A stretch of 64,000 bases of DNA from an uncultured Gammaproteobacteria bacterium (GCA_964511375.1 CAZEEW010000001.1:6512-70511), one strand, 5' to 3'. Numbered from the stretch's first letter, positions 1 to 9,753 are shown. Made by a program: numbers and translations. The notes: generated from the letters alone by a model not told the origin.

Positions 1-1090
1 AACTGTACCAGTACTCCCGCTTGAAGCAAGATCTTTCACCAAACTGAGCTTTAGCTGGACATCCACTGGGTAGCCATTAGGTACACCATATAACTTAAAA
101 AAGAGGTGGGACACTGAATTCAAAGTAAAACTCGAGTTAGCACCTGACAAAAAATCGCCAAGCGGTAAACGAATGAGTGTTTCTTGTCCGCTTAATACTT
201 CCCGGGGTAAACTAACCATTCCTGAACCAATTCCCCACCCACTATTTAAGTATACAGTCGGCTGTACGGTAGATTTAGCTGTCTCAGGTAAGCCACTGAC
301 CTTAATATTCGCCTGTAAAGCATTATATGTAGTTAAATCTTGTCTATTACTCCAACTGATCTGCGTTCGCAAATCATTACTAATATTTCTAAAGTGAACC
401 AAGAGATTATCTGGAGTACTTAATGGGTCCACCGATGATCCGTTCGATGCTCCACTTACACTCACCCGTGTCTTGTCTATACTCCAAACATCAACTGTTT
501 CTAAAGGTAAGGCGTTCGTCTTTACTAAACGGAGATTTTTAATGGTAAAATCCATGTTCACTTTGCCGGCCATAGTGAACTGAAAATGCACATATCCGAC
601 GTTAGTAAAACTACCAGCTTGCAAATCTGCTAGAGGTACTCGAACGGTTGTTTCAACACCATTTAGAAAATCTTTACTTAGGGTTACTTTTTGAGATAAA
701 TTTGACCAACCATTACGAACATAAAAATATGGTTGTATGTTTTGTGCACTGGCTGTTGAACCTGTTAAAAGGTTGGCCTTAAGAGTCATTTCAACCGCTT
801 CTTGTGCGGTAAAATCTTTGGCTGGCATAAAATCTAACCGAGCATTCACATTATTCCAAGCTTCTTTGAAATGTATGACTGTAGCGTCACTGGTTATCTC
901 AAAAGCACGGCTGCTCCCGCTAATTTCTCCGACTGTATATGGTGTTCCGAAAGAAGTAAGCAGCTCTCTGGGCGGTGGAGTATACACTTCGGCAGCGGCT
1001 TTAACTTCAAAAGAAGTTAACGGCCAAACAAACGTACTAACTGTAAAAACAGCTAGCAGGACGAACGAAAACCATTTTTTACGGACCATA
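1..1090 (-). CDS. Secreted hypothetical protein, 5' portion only (N-terminus MVRKKWFSFVLLAVFTVSTFVWP; C-terminus lies beyond the window start)
   Basis: Manual minus-strand translation from ATG at 1088-1090 is uninterrupted to position 1. N-terminal signal peptide. Absent from the ORF track because no stop falls inside the window. Confidence 0.4.
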
Positions 1091-1337
1091 AATTAAAAAA
1101 TAAAAAGCACACCCGAGTGCGCCTTTCTGTTAATTAAGACCTTTCTAAATTTAAAGTGCATGCTAATTTTTCCTTTATGCCCCTCTCTTCTATTTTTGGT
1201 GGGCATATTGTAATTGTGAACTGAAGTAGCGTCAAGCAAGGTGTACTATAATAACTTTATGTGAATATATACACCGGCCTCTTGAATTAGTTACACTTTC
1301 CTGGTAAAATATGGTCGCTTAATACACTAATTACCAT

Positions 1338-2735
1338 ATGGAAACAACAAAACGTGAAGCAAAGTCATTGTTTTTCGAAGCTTTAATTTCCTCTTGGGTT
1401 GCCTGGTCAGCCTTATTTGTTATGATCGGAGTTATGTTGGCGCATGGTAACCACCTGGTAGCCGGCGGCGCCATATTAATTGCCGCCATTCTCGGCATGA
1501 ACGGCTTGGCGAGAACTGACATGTGGTTAACAGCCAGCGGACCACATTGGTGGAGACATCACCGTTACTTAAAATTCTTTCATCACATCACTAACGAGGG
1601 GGAACTAGCCGGTATTTTTGTTGGTCTCATTGCCTTAATAATGCTTGTAGTAACTGGCGACACTGCCCACCTGCATTTTCCTTACCGAGAAGCTCTGACC
1701 TTACTTGGTATTATGTCAGCTGCCAATATCGCTGTTCGACACGTGATTCCTTTAATGGGGGTAATTGAAAAATTCCTTGGCACAAAAGGTGTAATTATTG
1801 TTGGCTCCATCCTATCTTCATTGACCGGAGAACCAGCTGCCAGTGTCTTTTTGGCTGAATACTTCAAGAAAAGAATAGACGAAAAAGATCGACCACGCGT
1901 TGCTACCGGCCTCGCCGCCACCATTGGGTCTGGTGGTGGTCTAATGCCGTTTGCCGCCCCTCCCATCTTGATTGTCTGGGCAATTTTGGCTCGTGAATTT
2001 AATTGGAGTATTAGTACGCTTATACTCTTTGTTGGACTTGGTTGTTTAGCACATGTTATTACGTCGTCTTTTTGGTTTGGGAAATTCATTAAAAAACCAC
2101 AGGAAAGTCAAGAAAAAATAAAAATTAAAGAGGCGTGGCCGCTATTATTAATGATTGTGGTTGTTTTGTGGCACATTTTCTTCCCAGGATTAATTCTATG
2201 GATCGTAGACGGCCTACTTGGCGTTACATCCTGGTATCTAGCGAACAAAAAATACCGCAATTGCGGTGAAGAGCTTAAAGAAGAGGCCTTCACTGCCAAA
2301 TGGCAGCCAATCATTTTATCAACTCTTTTAGTGGCACTTGAAATAATTGGTTTAGTAGCCGACCCGTTAATAACTTCCATTGCGATGCAGATCCCCACAA
2401 CATTTCCTCCGCTGGCTATAAGTTTACTGCTATTTTTTATAACCGCCTGGGTATCTCATTTTGCCGACAACGCACTAGCATCTCGTGTCTTTATTATGGT
2501 ACCTGTAGCACTTCAAGTAGTAGTCGGATCAACTGTTGCCTCTTTACTTGCGAGCAGTGTTATTATGGGAGCATTGTTTGGGGGATTCTTGCTTATCCCG
2601 GCCAACTTACCAAATTTTTATTTAGCTCGATCTTTAAAAGTCTCCCCTGGCGCTTGGCTCAGAGTTTCTTGGTTTCTTTACCCCACCGCACTTGCATATA
2701 TATTTTGGATCGTCGCCCGCTATTTCATCTCTTAA
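1338..2735 (+). CDS. Polytopic membrane protein, probable cation/ion transporter (Na+/H+ antiporter-like superfamily)
   Basis: 465 aa with 10-12 predicted TM helices and Gly-rich helix motifs. Upstream TTGAAT-17-TAAAAT promoter-like element at about 1282-1310. Confidence 0.45.
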   Translation: METTKREAKSLFFEALISSWVAWSALFVMIGVMLAHGNHLVAGGAILIAAILGMNGLARTDMWLTASGPHWWRHHRYLKFFHHITNEGELAGIFVGLIALIMLVVTGDTAHLHFPYREALTLLGIMSAANIAVRHVIPLMGVIEKFLGTKGVIIVGSILSSLTGEPAASVFLAEYFKKRIDEKDRPRVATGLAATIGSGGGLMPFAAPPILIVWAILAREFNWSISTLILFVGLGCLAHVITSSFWFGKFIKKPQESQEKIKIKEAWPLLLMIVVVLWHIFFPGLILWIVDGLLGVTSWYLANKKYRNCGEELKEEAFTAKWQPIILSTLLVALEIIGLVADPLITSIAMQIPTTFPPLAISLLLFFITAWVSHFADNALASRVFIMVPVALQVVVGSTVASLLASSVIMGALFGGFLLIPANLPNFYLARSLKVSPGAWLRVSWFLYPTALAYIFWIVARYFIS

Positions 2736-2748
2736 TACCAACAATACT

Positions 2749-2776
2749 AAAACCCCGGTTGCAACCGGGGTTTTAG
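2749..2776. terminator. Bidirectional rho-independent terminator (CCCCGG-ttgcaa-CCGGGG flanked by A-run and T-run)
   Basis: Perfect palindromic hairpin between convergent genes 1338..2735 (+) and 2789..3994 (-). Confidence 0.65.
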
Positions 2777-2788
2777 TATTGTTGGGTT

Positions 2789-3994
2789 TTATCCAAACAT
2801 TAACCACTCTGGACGAAAAATTAATACCAAACCAATTACGACCATTAATATACCACCAATGAGCCTAGAATATCTAGTATACTTTCCGGTTATACCAGTT
2901 ATATGTAGAGTGGTCATGGCGACAAAAAAAACAAAAAGATCATCTAAAAGGAAGAAGAGTACGTACAAAAGCAAATATCCATAGTATTGCCAGGTTGGTA
3001 AATTACTTAAAGCTAGAATTTGCGTATACACAGCCGGAAAGCCAGCTGAACAGACTAATTCAACTAAATTCACCGCAAAAGCAAGCAGTATTATTCCACC
3101 GAACGCTAACCAAAAATTCTTCTCCAGGGTTATCTCTTTCAGCCGAGCGAAGACCTTTTTTCTTTCATCACTATTTGTAACCTTACAGGTTGCTTCCCGA
3201 TTTGTAAAATATTCTTTCAGATTGTATGCTCCTCCACCCAAGGCCACCAAGCCAATAATTATACGAACTAAAAAGATAAAACCTAAAAACATTATTAAAT
3301 TCAGCCAGGCGGCCATGAACAAAAAGTACACCGCTGCCGAAGACACCAGGAAAGCCGATCCCAACACCCACATACGGCGCCGATTCTGCATGCCCAACAA
3401 TAACGAAATTAAAAATAACAAAGTCCACATAGCGCACGGATTAAAGCCGTCCAAAGCTCCGATCAGTATGGTTATAACCGGTAATGAAAGATTGGCCGTG
3501 TTGACCTCACCAATTAAAGGAACTTTTAACTTCCTGGCTACAGGGTCCTTTGGCCGAACCTCAGTAGTACTATTGTTCATTACCTTACTACCAACGATTT
3601 CTGATACACTATCGGTACAAGTATGTCTTAAACAATAGTCTATTCTTTCTTCAATTTCCGCTGGAGTAACGGCATCTTCATAACCAATAAAATACTTGTC
3701 TCCCACTACCGTAAAAGGCACCCCACCCACTTGCGCCTTTAAAATACTAGCAACTTTTTCAATTAGCTTAATATTCTCTGGGTGGCGGTATAGTTCATAA
3801 CTGTACACCTTCACTCCATCGTACTTATCTTCCATCATTTTCAAAAACGGCTTTTCTTCCGCGCAATGTGGGCAGCCTTCACCCCAGAAAAAATAAACAT
3901 TTAATCTATCCTCGTTCGCAGCCGAAACAAAAGTTGGGCCAAACAACAGTCCAACCAATATTAAAAAACTAAATATAAATCGATTAGGCTTCAT
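2789..3994 (-). CDS. Signal-peptide thioredoxin domain (WGEGCPHC) fused to a CcdA/DsbD-type transmembrane thiol-disulfide transporter domain
   Basis: N-terminal signal peptide, CPHC thioredoxin motif, then polytopic region containing the conserved-Cys CcdA/DsbD motif LDGFNPCAMW. Start overlaps the upstream gene by 11 nt. Confidence 0.7.
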   Translation of the reverse strand: MKPNRFIFSFLILVGLLFGPTFVSAANEDRLNVYFFWGEGCPHCAEEKPFLKMMEDKYDGVKVYSYELYRHPENIKLIEKVASILKAQVGGVPFTVVGDKYFIGYEDAVTPAEIEERIDYCLRHTCTDSVSEIVGSKVMNNSTTEVRPKDPVARKLKVPLIGEVNTANLSLPVITILIGALDGFNPCAMWTLLFLISLLLGMQNRRRMWVLGSAFLVSSAAVYFLFMAAWLNLIMFLGFIFLVRIIIGLVALGGGAYNLKEYFTNREATCKVTNSDERKKVFARLKEITLEKNFWLAFGGIILLAFAVNLVELVCSAGFPAVYTQILALSNLPTWQYYGYLLLYVLFFLLDDLFVFFVAMTTLHITGITGKYTRYSRLIGGILMVVIGLVLIFRPEWLMFG

Positions 3995-5690
3995 AAACTA
4001 ATTTGATATAACACGCCTCGCAAGTTAATTTTAAATTCCGACCTGGCTGCAAACGTGACCAGATTCTTTTCTGACAATTATTACAGGTATTTGGGTACAG
4101 ACTAAACGAGCGGAAAGCAATACTACGCCTGGTTCGGCGAACGATCGGGTGCTCTTGTGGCAAAGCCAACCCCATTTGACGATGAAAATCTAATTCGGGT
4201 TTGGCGATTCGAAAAGCTCGACCATTAACACGGGATTTAAAAACTTTTTGTACAATATCATCTGTAGCATCCTCTAAATTGTTTGGTATCTGGCTAATAT
4301 CTGCTCCCGGTTCATTCTTTTCGGAAGCAAAATCGTAGTAACGCATACCGAGTTTTTTTACTTCCCCTTCTTCAAGCGGATACAAGACATTGGCATGCGT
4401 CGTGTTGTAGGAAAACAACGACAAATGATAGGGAAAGAAATTTCCGTATTCCCCTCTTTTAAACATTTCTGTTTTTATCTCATCTACCTTTTGCCAATAT
4501 TCTCCCTCTGAGTATTCCTTATTAAAAATATGGAATTTTTTATGACGCAACCCAATACACCCAAAACAGTGCTCGGAAGAATAACAAAACTCTGAATATT
4601 CAACATCCGAACAATTGCCGCAGCTTAAGCTCATTTTCGTATCATAACTCGGCACCATACTAACGCAATTTACCAAACGTTCCGATCCAGAGGAAGTTGT
4701 TACGTCTAAGCAGTCACGTAAATGAGAAACATCAAATACATTATAAGAATGTTGGACGTTGTAAGCATAACCACCAAAAACATCCCGTGAACTTCCCAAC
4801 TGGTCTCCAACCACATCTTCACTGGTGTAACATTGTCCAGCCAAATGGTAAGCCTTCTCCCAAAACTCGTGTGCTTTCTTTTCCCACTCCGAAACGACTT
4901 TAGCATCCTTAAAATTCACTTCCGCTAATCGCTTACTATATTCCCCTTCTGTTAGTTGCTCGTTAAACCAACAGTACTTCTTATGGACCAAGTTTGTACA
5001 GCCGAAACAATATGAACAACTTTCACATTGGTAAGAAAAATACATTTCTAAACAAGCCTCACACCGTTCAGAATAAAATATATGCGAACTATCTGTACAC
5101 TGGACGGCTTCATAGCACCATTCAGAATTAACTAAGGCCGTACAATCAGTTGAAAATTTTGCATCAGCGCAAAAATCTGAATAATTTAATCCCTGGCTAT
5201 TCAAGCCGCCGTAGACAAAATAACAATCACGACTTTGTAAGTCATATAACGCCCAAGCACTATTTTCACTATTCGGATCCTGGTTAATCGCCGGGCGAGG
5301 AATATTCCAAGAAAATTCTTTATACTGATCAAAGAAGCTCTTTTCTGGATCGCAATCACGCGCGTAAGAGAGAGCGTTAAAATTATCCGAATTCCATTCT
5401 TTATTAGACCGCAACTTTGCCGGACTTTCCGGGTCATACATGGAAATTAACATCTCCCCATTCTCCGCTGGACGCCTAAACAAATCAAAGCCAGCCATAA
5501 AAGAACGCAGACGACGAAAACGCACCCACGGTGCAACCGTAGGCAAGGGCATTTCTAATGCCTTGTACAAAGCAAATTCTCTTTCAGATATTACAAACTT
5601 CGTGCCGGTTTCTGTACATGTTCTCTCTCCTGGTTTCTCCTTCGTGTAATATTCATCTAAAAGTGCTTTAAACTTTGGTGTATTCGACAT
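3984..5690 (-). CDS. Cytoplasmic cysteine-rich repeat protein, family unrecognised, with C-terminal zinc-ribbon-like CxxC-x17-CxxC
   Basis: 568 aa, about 40 Cys, no signal peptide. Two internal repeats of CxxC-x9-C..C..CFGC-x-L-x-HKK-aromatic-x-FN-x3-(T/S)EGEY. Coupled 10 nt downstream of the ATPase gene. Confidence 0.6.
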   Translation of the reverse strand: MSNTPKFKALLDEYYTKEKPGERTCTETGTKFVISEREFALYKALEMPLPTVAPWVRFRRLRSFMAGFDLFRRPAENGEMLISMYDPESPAKLRSNKEWNSDNFNALSYARDCDPEKSFFDQYKEFSWNIPRPAINQDPNSENSAWALYDLQSRDCYFVYGGLNSQGLNYSDFCADAKFSTDCTALVNSEWCYEAVQCTDSSHIFYSERCEACLEMYFSYQCESCSYCFGCTNLVHKKYCWFNEQLTEGEYSKRLAEVNFKDAKVVSEWEKKAHEFWEKAYHLAGQCYTSEDVVGDQLGSSRDVFGGYAYNVQHSYNVFDVSHLRDCLDVTTSSGSERLVNCVSMVPSYDTKMSLSCGNCSDVEYSEFCYSSEHCFGCIGLRHKKFHIFNKEYSEGEYWQKVDEIKTEMFKRGEYGNFFPYHLSLFSYNTTHANVLYPLEEGEVKKLGMRYYDFASEKNEPGADISQIPNNLEDATDDIVQKVFKSRVNGRAFRIAKPELDFHRQMGLALPQEHPIVRRTRRSIAFRSFSLYPNTCNNCQKRIWSRLQPGRNLKLTCEACYIKLVYEA

Positions 5691-5700
5691 ACTGACTTAA

Positions 5701-7218
5701 CTAAATTGGCGGCAACATGTCTTCTAGTTTATCTTTTTTCTCCGGACCCGCTTCCGGAGGCATGAAGGGATCAGTTGAAGCTTCCTCCTCCTCTTCATCT
5801 TCTACGTATTCCTCGTCATCGTCTTCTAACGGACTTTCCTCTCCTGTTAAAACCTCGGCAATCGGTTTGCTAAACCTTATCCGCGATTCTTTAATTACCT
5901 CCTCCACTCTTTCGGATCGATTAGCCTCTATAACATCTAATGTAGTTGCCGAAAAAGCAGTCGTCACCTTTCCTTCAATCGACATTTTGATATAAAATTC
6001 CCGCCCCCCAATATTGGTCAAATCTTTTGGTTCAACTAGGGGCTGAAATTCCTGAGCCAGCCTTTCCGAATCCGCTCCACTTACTCTGAAGGCGATTAAT
6101 GTGCCAACATTACCAAAAATTGCCTCCTGTAAATCTTCAGGAATCTGGGCCAAATACTGGTTAGCCACAGTAATATTGATGCCGTATTTACGAGACTCGG
6201 AAAATAATGACGTAAATGATTTCGTCGCCACATTTTGAAACTCATCCACATACAAATAGAAATTCTTACGCTCTTTCTCAGGTATCTTAGCCCGAGCCAT
6301 TGCCGTCTGGTTAATCTTCGTTAAGAAGAAAGTTGCAAACAAAGCGCTGTTTTCTTCACCCAAAGTACCTTTTGAAGCGTTGATCAAAAGGATCTTCTTG
6401 TGGTTCATTATATTCTCAAAATCTATTTTACTCTCCTTTTGCGAGAAAACTGCGCGGAGTAATGGATCAGCAAAAAATTGTCCCAACCGATTTGTTAAAG
6501 GAGTTATAGCCTCCTGGTCATATTTTTGCGTAAAGCCAGCAAATTCAACCGTAAAAAATCTTTTAACGACTTCATCAGTTACATGTTTCATAACCCCCTG
6601 GCGATACTGTGGGTCAGTTAAAAGCTGCAAAAAACCATACAATGTTCCTTCTGGATTTTCCAAAGTTGCTAAGGTTGCAAAACGGAACAAATGTTCAATA
6701 CGCGGTGTCCAAGTGCTAGCAAATTGCTTTTTAAATATTTCTACCAATCCCTGTGCTACAATCTGGCGGTATTCAGCCGGGACCTGGGCAAAAGGATTAA
6801 AGGATATGGCATATTCTGGATCTCCTGGATTAACATATACGACATCAGCTAAACGCTTTTCCGGGATAAATTCTAATATCTGTTTTACCAAATCTCCATG
6901 CGGGTCAATTACTGCCAGGCCAAAATCATAGGCAACATCAAAACGGATGAGGTTTTCTAGCAGCTTACTCTTGCCCATGCCACTTTTCCCAATTATATAC
7001 ATGTGGCGCTTTCGATCCTCCCGCTTAATGCCAAACACATCCCGATGACGATAAAGCCCCTGGGCAAAATTTGTTTGCCCAAAGAAGGATGCTTGCGTCA
7101 TCTGGTTCTTGGCGTACTTCGGGAGATTAACGGGAGGAGGAAGAAGTTTAAAATTCAGGCTCTCCAATGAATTAATATCTGCCATAATAGAAGGTAAATG
7201 ATGGATATATTCTAGCAC
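5701..7218 (-). CDS. Soluble P-loop ATPase of the VirD4/TraD/TraG (type IV coupling protein) / HerA-FtsK-like superfamily with poly-acidic C-terminal tail
   Basis: Walker A GKSGMGKS and Walker B LYVDEFQ. No N-terminal TM helices. C-terminal EDDDEEYVEDEEEEE. First gene of a three-gene minus-strand operon. Confidence 0.6.
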   Translation of the reverse strand: MLEYIHHLPSIMADINSLESLNFKLLPPPVNLPKYAKNQMTQASFFGQTNFAQGLYRHRDVFGIKREDRKRHMYIIGKSGMGKSKLLENLIRFDVAYDFGLAVIDPHGDLVKQILEFIPEKRLADVVYVNPGDPEYAISFNPFAQVPAEYRQIVAQGLVEIFKKQFASTWTPRIEHLFRFATLATLENPEGTLYGFLQLLTDPQYRQGVMKHVTDEVVKRFFTVEFAGFTQKYDQEAITPLTNRLGQFFADPLLRAVFSQKESKIDFENIMNHKKILLINASKGTLGEENSALFATFFLTKINQTAMARAKIPEKERKNFYLYVDEFQNVATKSFTSLFSESRKYGINITVANQYLAQIPEDLQEAIFGNVGTLIAFRVSGADSERLAQEFQPLVEPKDLTNIGGREFYIKMSIEGKVTTAFSATTLDVIEANRSERVEEVIKESRIRFSKPIAEVLTGEESPLEDDDEEYVEDEEEEEASTDPFMPPEAGPEKKDKLEDMLPPI

Positions 7219-7286
7219 ACCGGGCTTCCTTTGCCAATTAAATCCTATTGACTTTCTACCTTATTTTAGATAATATGTCTGCACCA

Positions 7287-7358
7287 TGCGGGTATCATAT
7301 AACGGCTATTATCCAGGTTTTCCAAACCTGTGACACGGGTTCGACTCCCGTTACCCGC
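7287..7358 (+). tRNA. tRNA-Gly (anticodon TCC)
   Basis: Cloverleaf folded by hand: acceptor GCGGGTA/TACCCGC, anticodon stem CAGGT/ACCTG, loop TTTCCAA, T-arm ACGGG-TTCGACT-CCCGT. No encoded CCA. Confidence 0.85.
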
Positions 7359-7408
7359 TCGTACAAAAACAGGCTCATAATTAGGAGCCTGTTTTAAAAT
7401 ATTATTAC

Positions 7409-8062
7409 CTACTTCTTTTCCCAGGAGCGGACCAATTCTATTGCCGCATCAATGGATTCAACAACCGGAATTTTCTTCTCTCTTGCTACTCGCTCAGTCC
7501 ACTTACGATGATCGAGCACAACAGCAAATCCTTCCTCTGTGGGTTGTGCACCTGCATCATAATGCGCACTATTAAATTTTTCAATAATTCGTTTTTTGTG
7601 TTCCTCCCAAGGTAGTAGGACGATAACTAAATTTGTTGGTACATATTTATCTTCTGGATCAAACGAGGTCGTCAAAGCCCAGAGTCCGTGGTCTACCATC
7701 GCCTGATTTACCACTCCACAACGACGCTCTACTTCCTCAACGATTGCTTCTCCCATATCCCACCATGGTAATGGACGAAGAGGAAAAACACCGGGTTGAA
7801 GTGGATGAGCCTCTGTTTCTCTGTATACAAAGTCTGCGTCAATAAAATCCGTTTTTCCTTCAGCATTTGGTACTTGATTACGGCAAGTTGTGGATTTACC
7901 TCCTCCAGAACCAACAAAGATTATCGCCCCTCTTTCGTGTTTAACGTGCTTTTTTTCATACTCTGCAACAATTTGTTCAACTTTTTTGGTGTCTAGTGGT
8001 TCCATTTCCAATGTTTTTTCTTCTTTTGTTTTTATATCCTCTGTATCCATATTTTTACACAA
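7409..8062 (-). CDS. P-loop NTPase/kinase-like protein (GSGGGKST Walker A), unknown specificity
   Basis: 217 aa, single Walker A motif, Lys/Glu-rich N-terminus. Confidence 0.45.
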   Translation of the reverse strand: MCKNMDTEDIKTKEEKTLEMEPLDTKKVEQIVAEYEKKHVKHERGAIIFVGSGGGKSTTCRNQVPNAEGKTDFIDADFVYRETEAHPLQPGVFPLRPLPWWDMGEAIVEEVERRCGVVNQAMVDHGLWALTTSFDPEDKYVPTNLVIVLLPWEEHKKRIIEKFNSAHYDAGAQPTEEGFAVVLDHRKWTERVAREKKIPVVESIDAAIELVRSWEKK

Positions 8063-8069
8063 TTCAATA

Positions 8070-8624
8070 TTAATTGTTTGGCTTCTGCCACTCTGTATTA
8101 TCTAAAAATTCTTTATTTACCTGACGCGCCACACTAAGAATCATATCCTTCGGAACCAGATAATCTTCATAGTCAGGACCCTCAACCGTTTCTATTATTG
8201 GCAAATTTGGATCAGTGGAACCGTGCGTTTGCGCAATCATTTTTTCACCAGTTTCAGTTTCTGCCTCTACTTTCATATCTTCCTGCATGCCAAAATCTAA
8301 TAATTCCCAGTCACGAACAATTTCATATTCTTTTGGGGTTATCTGCCAAATCGTACCGTAAGTGACTGCCCCTTTCTTTGGCCTAATGATATATAACCTT
8401 GCATCTGCACTAAGCGAGCTTCCCATAATCTCTCGAGGAGATTTAGGCGCCGGGGCAGTAGGCAAAATTTTATCTGGTATATGTTCTAAGCCCTGTATTA
8501 CCAGTTCATAATCCCGTACAATGCCTTTCGCCCCCTCTAGACTGTCCCTCCCAATCATCGCCGCCATCATATCGTGATCGCGGTTAGTACCGTATCCAAA
8601 ATATGGGATATATTCCATAGTCAA
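8070..8624 (-). CDS. Gamma-glutamyl cyclotransferase-like (AIG2/GGCT fold) protein
   Basis: N-terminal YFGYGTN motif typical of the GGCT/AIG2 family. Shares the C-terminal block IWxIxPxEYE..R(D/E)WE..D(F/Y)GM..ED with the paralog at 9743..10291. Confidence 0.6.
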   Translation of the reverse strand: MTMEYIPYFGYGTNRDHDMMAAMIGRDSLEGAKGIVRDYELVIQGLEHIPDKILPTAPAPKSPREIMGSSLSADARLYIIRPKKGAVTYGTIWQITPKEYEIVRDWELLDFGMQEDMKVEAETETGEKMIAQTHGSTDPNLPIIETVEGPDYEDYLVPKDMILSVARQVNKEFLDNTEWQKPNN

Positions 8625-8730
8625 TTTAGCTTAAAAATTAGCTTAAGTTGATTATACCTTATCAATTGTTCACTTGTCCACCAATTACCAAAATGACTCC
8701 AGTATTTGGCTATGCGTGTTGCTTAATTTA

Positions 8731-8759
8731 TTGACAAAAACAATCACTAAACTATAATA
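8731..8759 (+). promoter_or_regulatory. Sigma70-type promoter TTGACA-16-TATAAT upstream of ORF 8788
   Basis: Consensus -35 and -10 hexamers read directly. Confidence 0.45.
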
Positions 8760-8787
8760 AACGAAATTAACTTTTTACTTACTAAAT

Positions 8788-9753
8788 ATGGGAGAAGCAA
8801 CGCCTGGGCGTATTACTGAAATAATGGGCATGCCTGAAGTAACAGGTAATACTGACAAAAAATCGGATAAAATAGAGAGTGTAACAAAGAAGGACTTGAG
8901 AGTCGTCGTTCCAAAAGCAGGAGAAACAGTAGTGGTACTACAGTGCAATGCTAAAGATAATAGGGAAATCGACAAAGAAACTGGGGAACCGGGCCCAAAT
9001 TATGGAAAACTCGAAGTCAGTGCAGCAGAAGAGGTAGAAGTAAGTGCGAAAAGATATTTTCTCGAAGTTATTTCTAATCTAAACGATGAGGAAAGAAAGG
9101 ATATTGAGATAGCAGTATTTGCTACAAATGCTCCGCTGGTTACTCCAGAATCTCTATTAACGAAACAAGGGATAAGCTATGACAGCCCACACAGACGGGC
9201 TTTTGATACCGCAGAATTAGTAATTAGGGGGATACGAGCTGCGATTGAAGAGTCCGGACTAGATAAAACACAACTACTTAATGATGGAGAACTTCAGGAA
9301 TTTGCCGACCCAGAGGGACCCCTGACTTTACCAGAGGATCTTAGTGGATTAAAGATGTTGCGTCCAGAACACCAAAAATTTGTTAAAGCACTTTTAGACA
9401 AGTATGGCCCCAGAGAAATGTGGGCCAAATTCGAAGAAGATGCAGACAGTAAAGAAAGAAAAACGATGGGGGTTGAAGGTGTAAACGAGGTCCACGACAG
9501 ACTTAGTAATATCATTAAACTTATAGTAAGAGCAACTAAAGAACGTCACAAAAATAACCCACGTAAGAGGACTTTGGTGTGGTTCGATGTGATGGGAGAT
9601 GAGGCTGCGCCTTTTGTCAAAGGCAAAATTACCCGTCAACCTCAGGCAGAATTTGTTGCTTTTCAAAAAGCAGGTGGTGTTACTATCGAAGTACCACCCA
9701 CAGGTAATGCTAGAACAGAAATAGGCGGTAAGAAGTTTGGATTTAAACTTTAA
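8788..9753 (+). CDS. Hypothetical protein (321 aa, acidic, cytoplasmic)
   Basis: Own consensus promoter. Flanked by the two inverted GGCT-like paralogs. 3' end overlaps the convergent paralog by 11 nt. Confidence 0.5.
   Translation: MGEATPGRITEIMGMPEVTGNTDKKSDKIESVTKKDLRVVVPKAGETVVVLQCNAKDNREIDKETGEPGPNYGKLEVSAAEEVEVSAKRYFLEVISNLNDEERKDIEIAVFATNAPLVTPESLLTKQGISYDSPHRRAFDTAELVIRGIRAAIEESGLDKTQLLNDGELQEFADPEGPLTLPEDLSGLKMLRPEHQKFVKALLDKYGPREMWAKFEEDADSKERKTMGVEGVNEVHDRLSNIIKLIVRATKERHKNNPRKRTLVWFDVMGDEAAPFVKGKITRQPQAEFVAFQKAGGVTIEVPPTGNARTEIGGKKFGFKL

Noticed and set aside
737-1096. Plus-strand ORF 737..1096 (and 173..397)
   Set aside because: Antisense to an uninterrupted minus-strand reading frame that begins with a signal peptide at 1090. 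Treated as a shadow ORF.
1682-2398. Minus-strand ORFs 1682..2089 and 2108..2398 inside the transporter gene
   Set aside because: Fully antisense to a long, well-formed membrane-protein ORF. Composition matches the shadow of the plus-strand gene.
5701-7358. Calling the ATPase locus an integrative conjugative or mobile element
   Set aside because: No integrase, relaxase, transposase or flanking direct repeat of the tRNA-Gly 3' end was found within the window. Kept as a hypothesis in the findings only.
7409-8062. Assigning the 217-aa P-loop protein as a toxin (zeta-like) or adenylate kinase
   Set aside because: Only a Walker A motif is recognisable. No partner antitoxin-like small gene adjacent.
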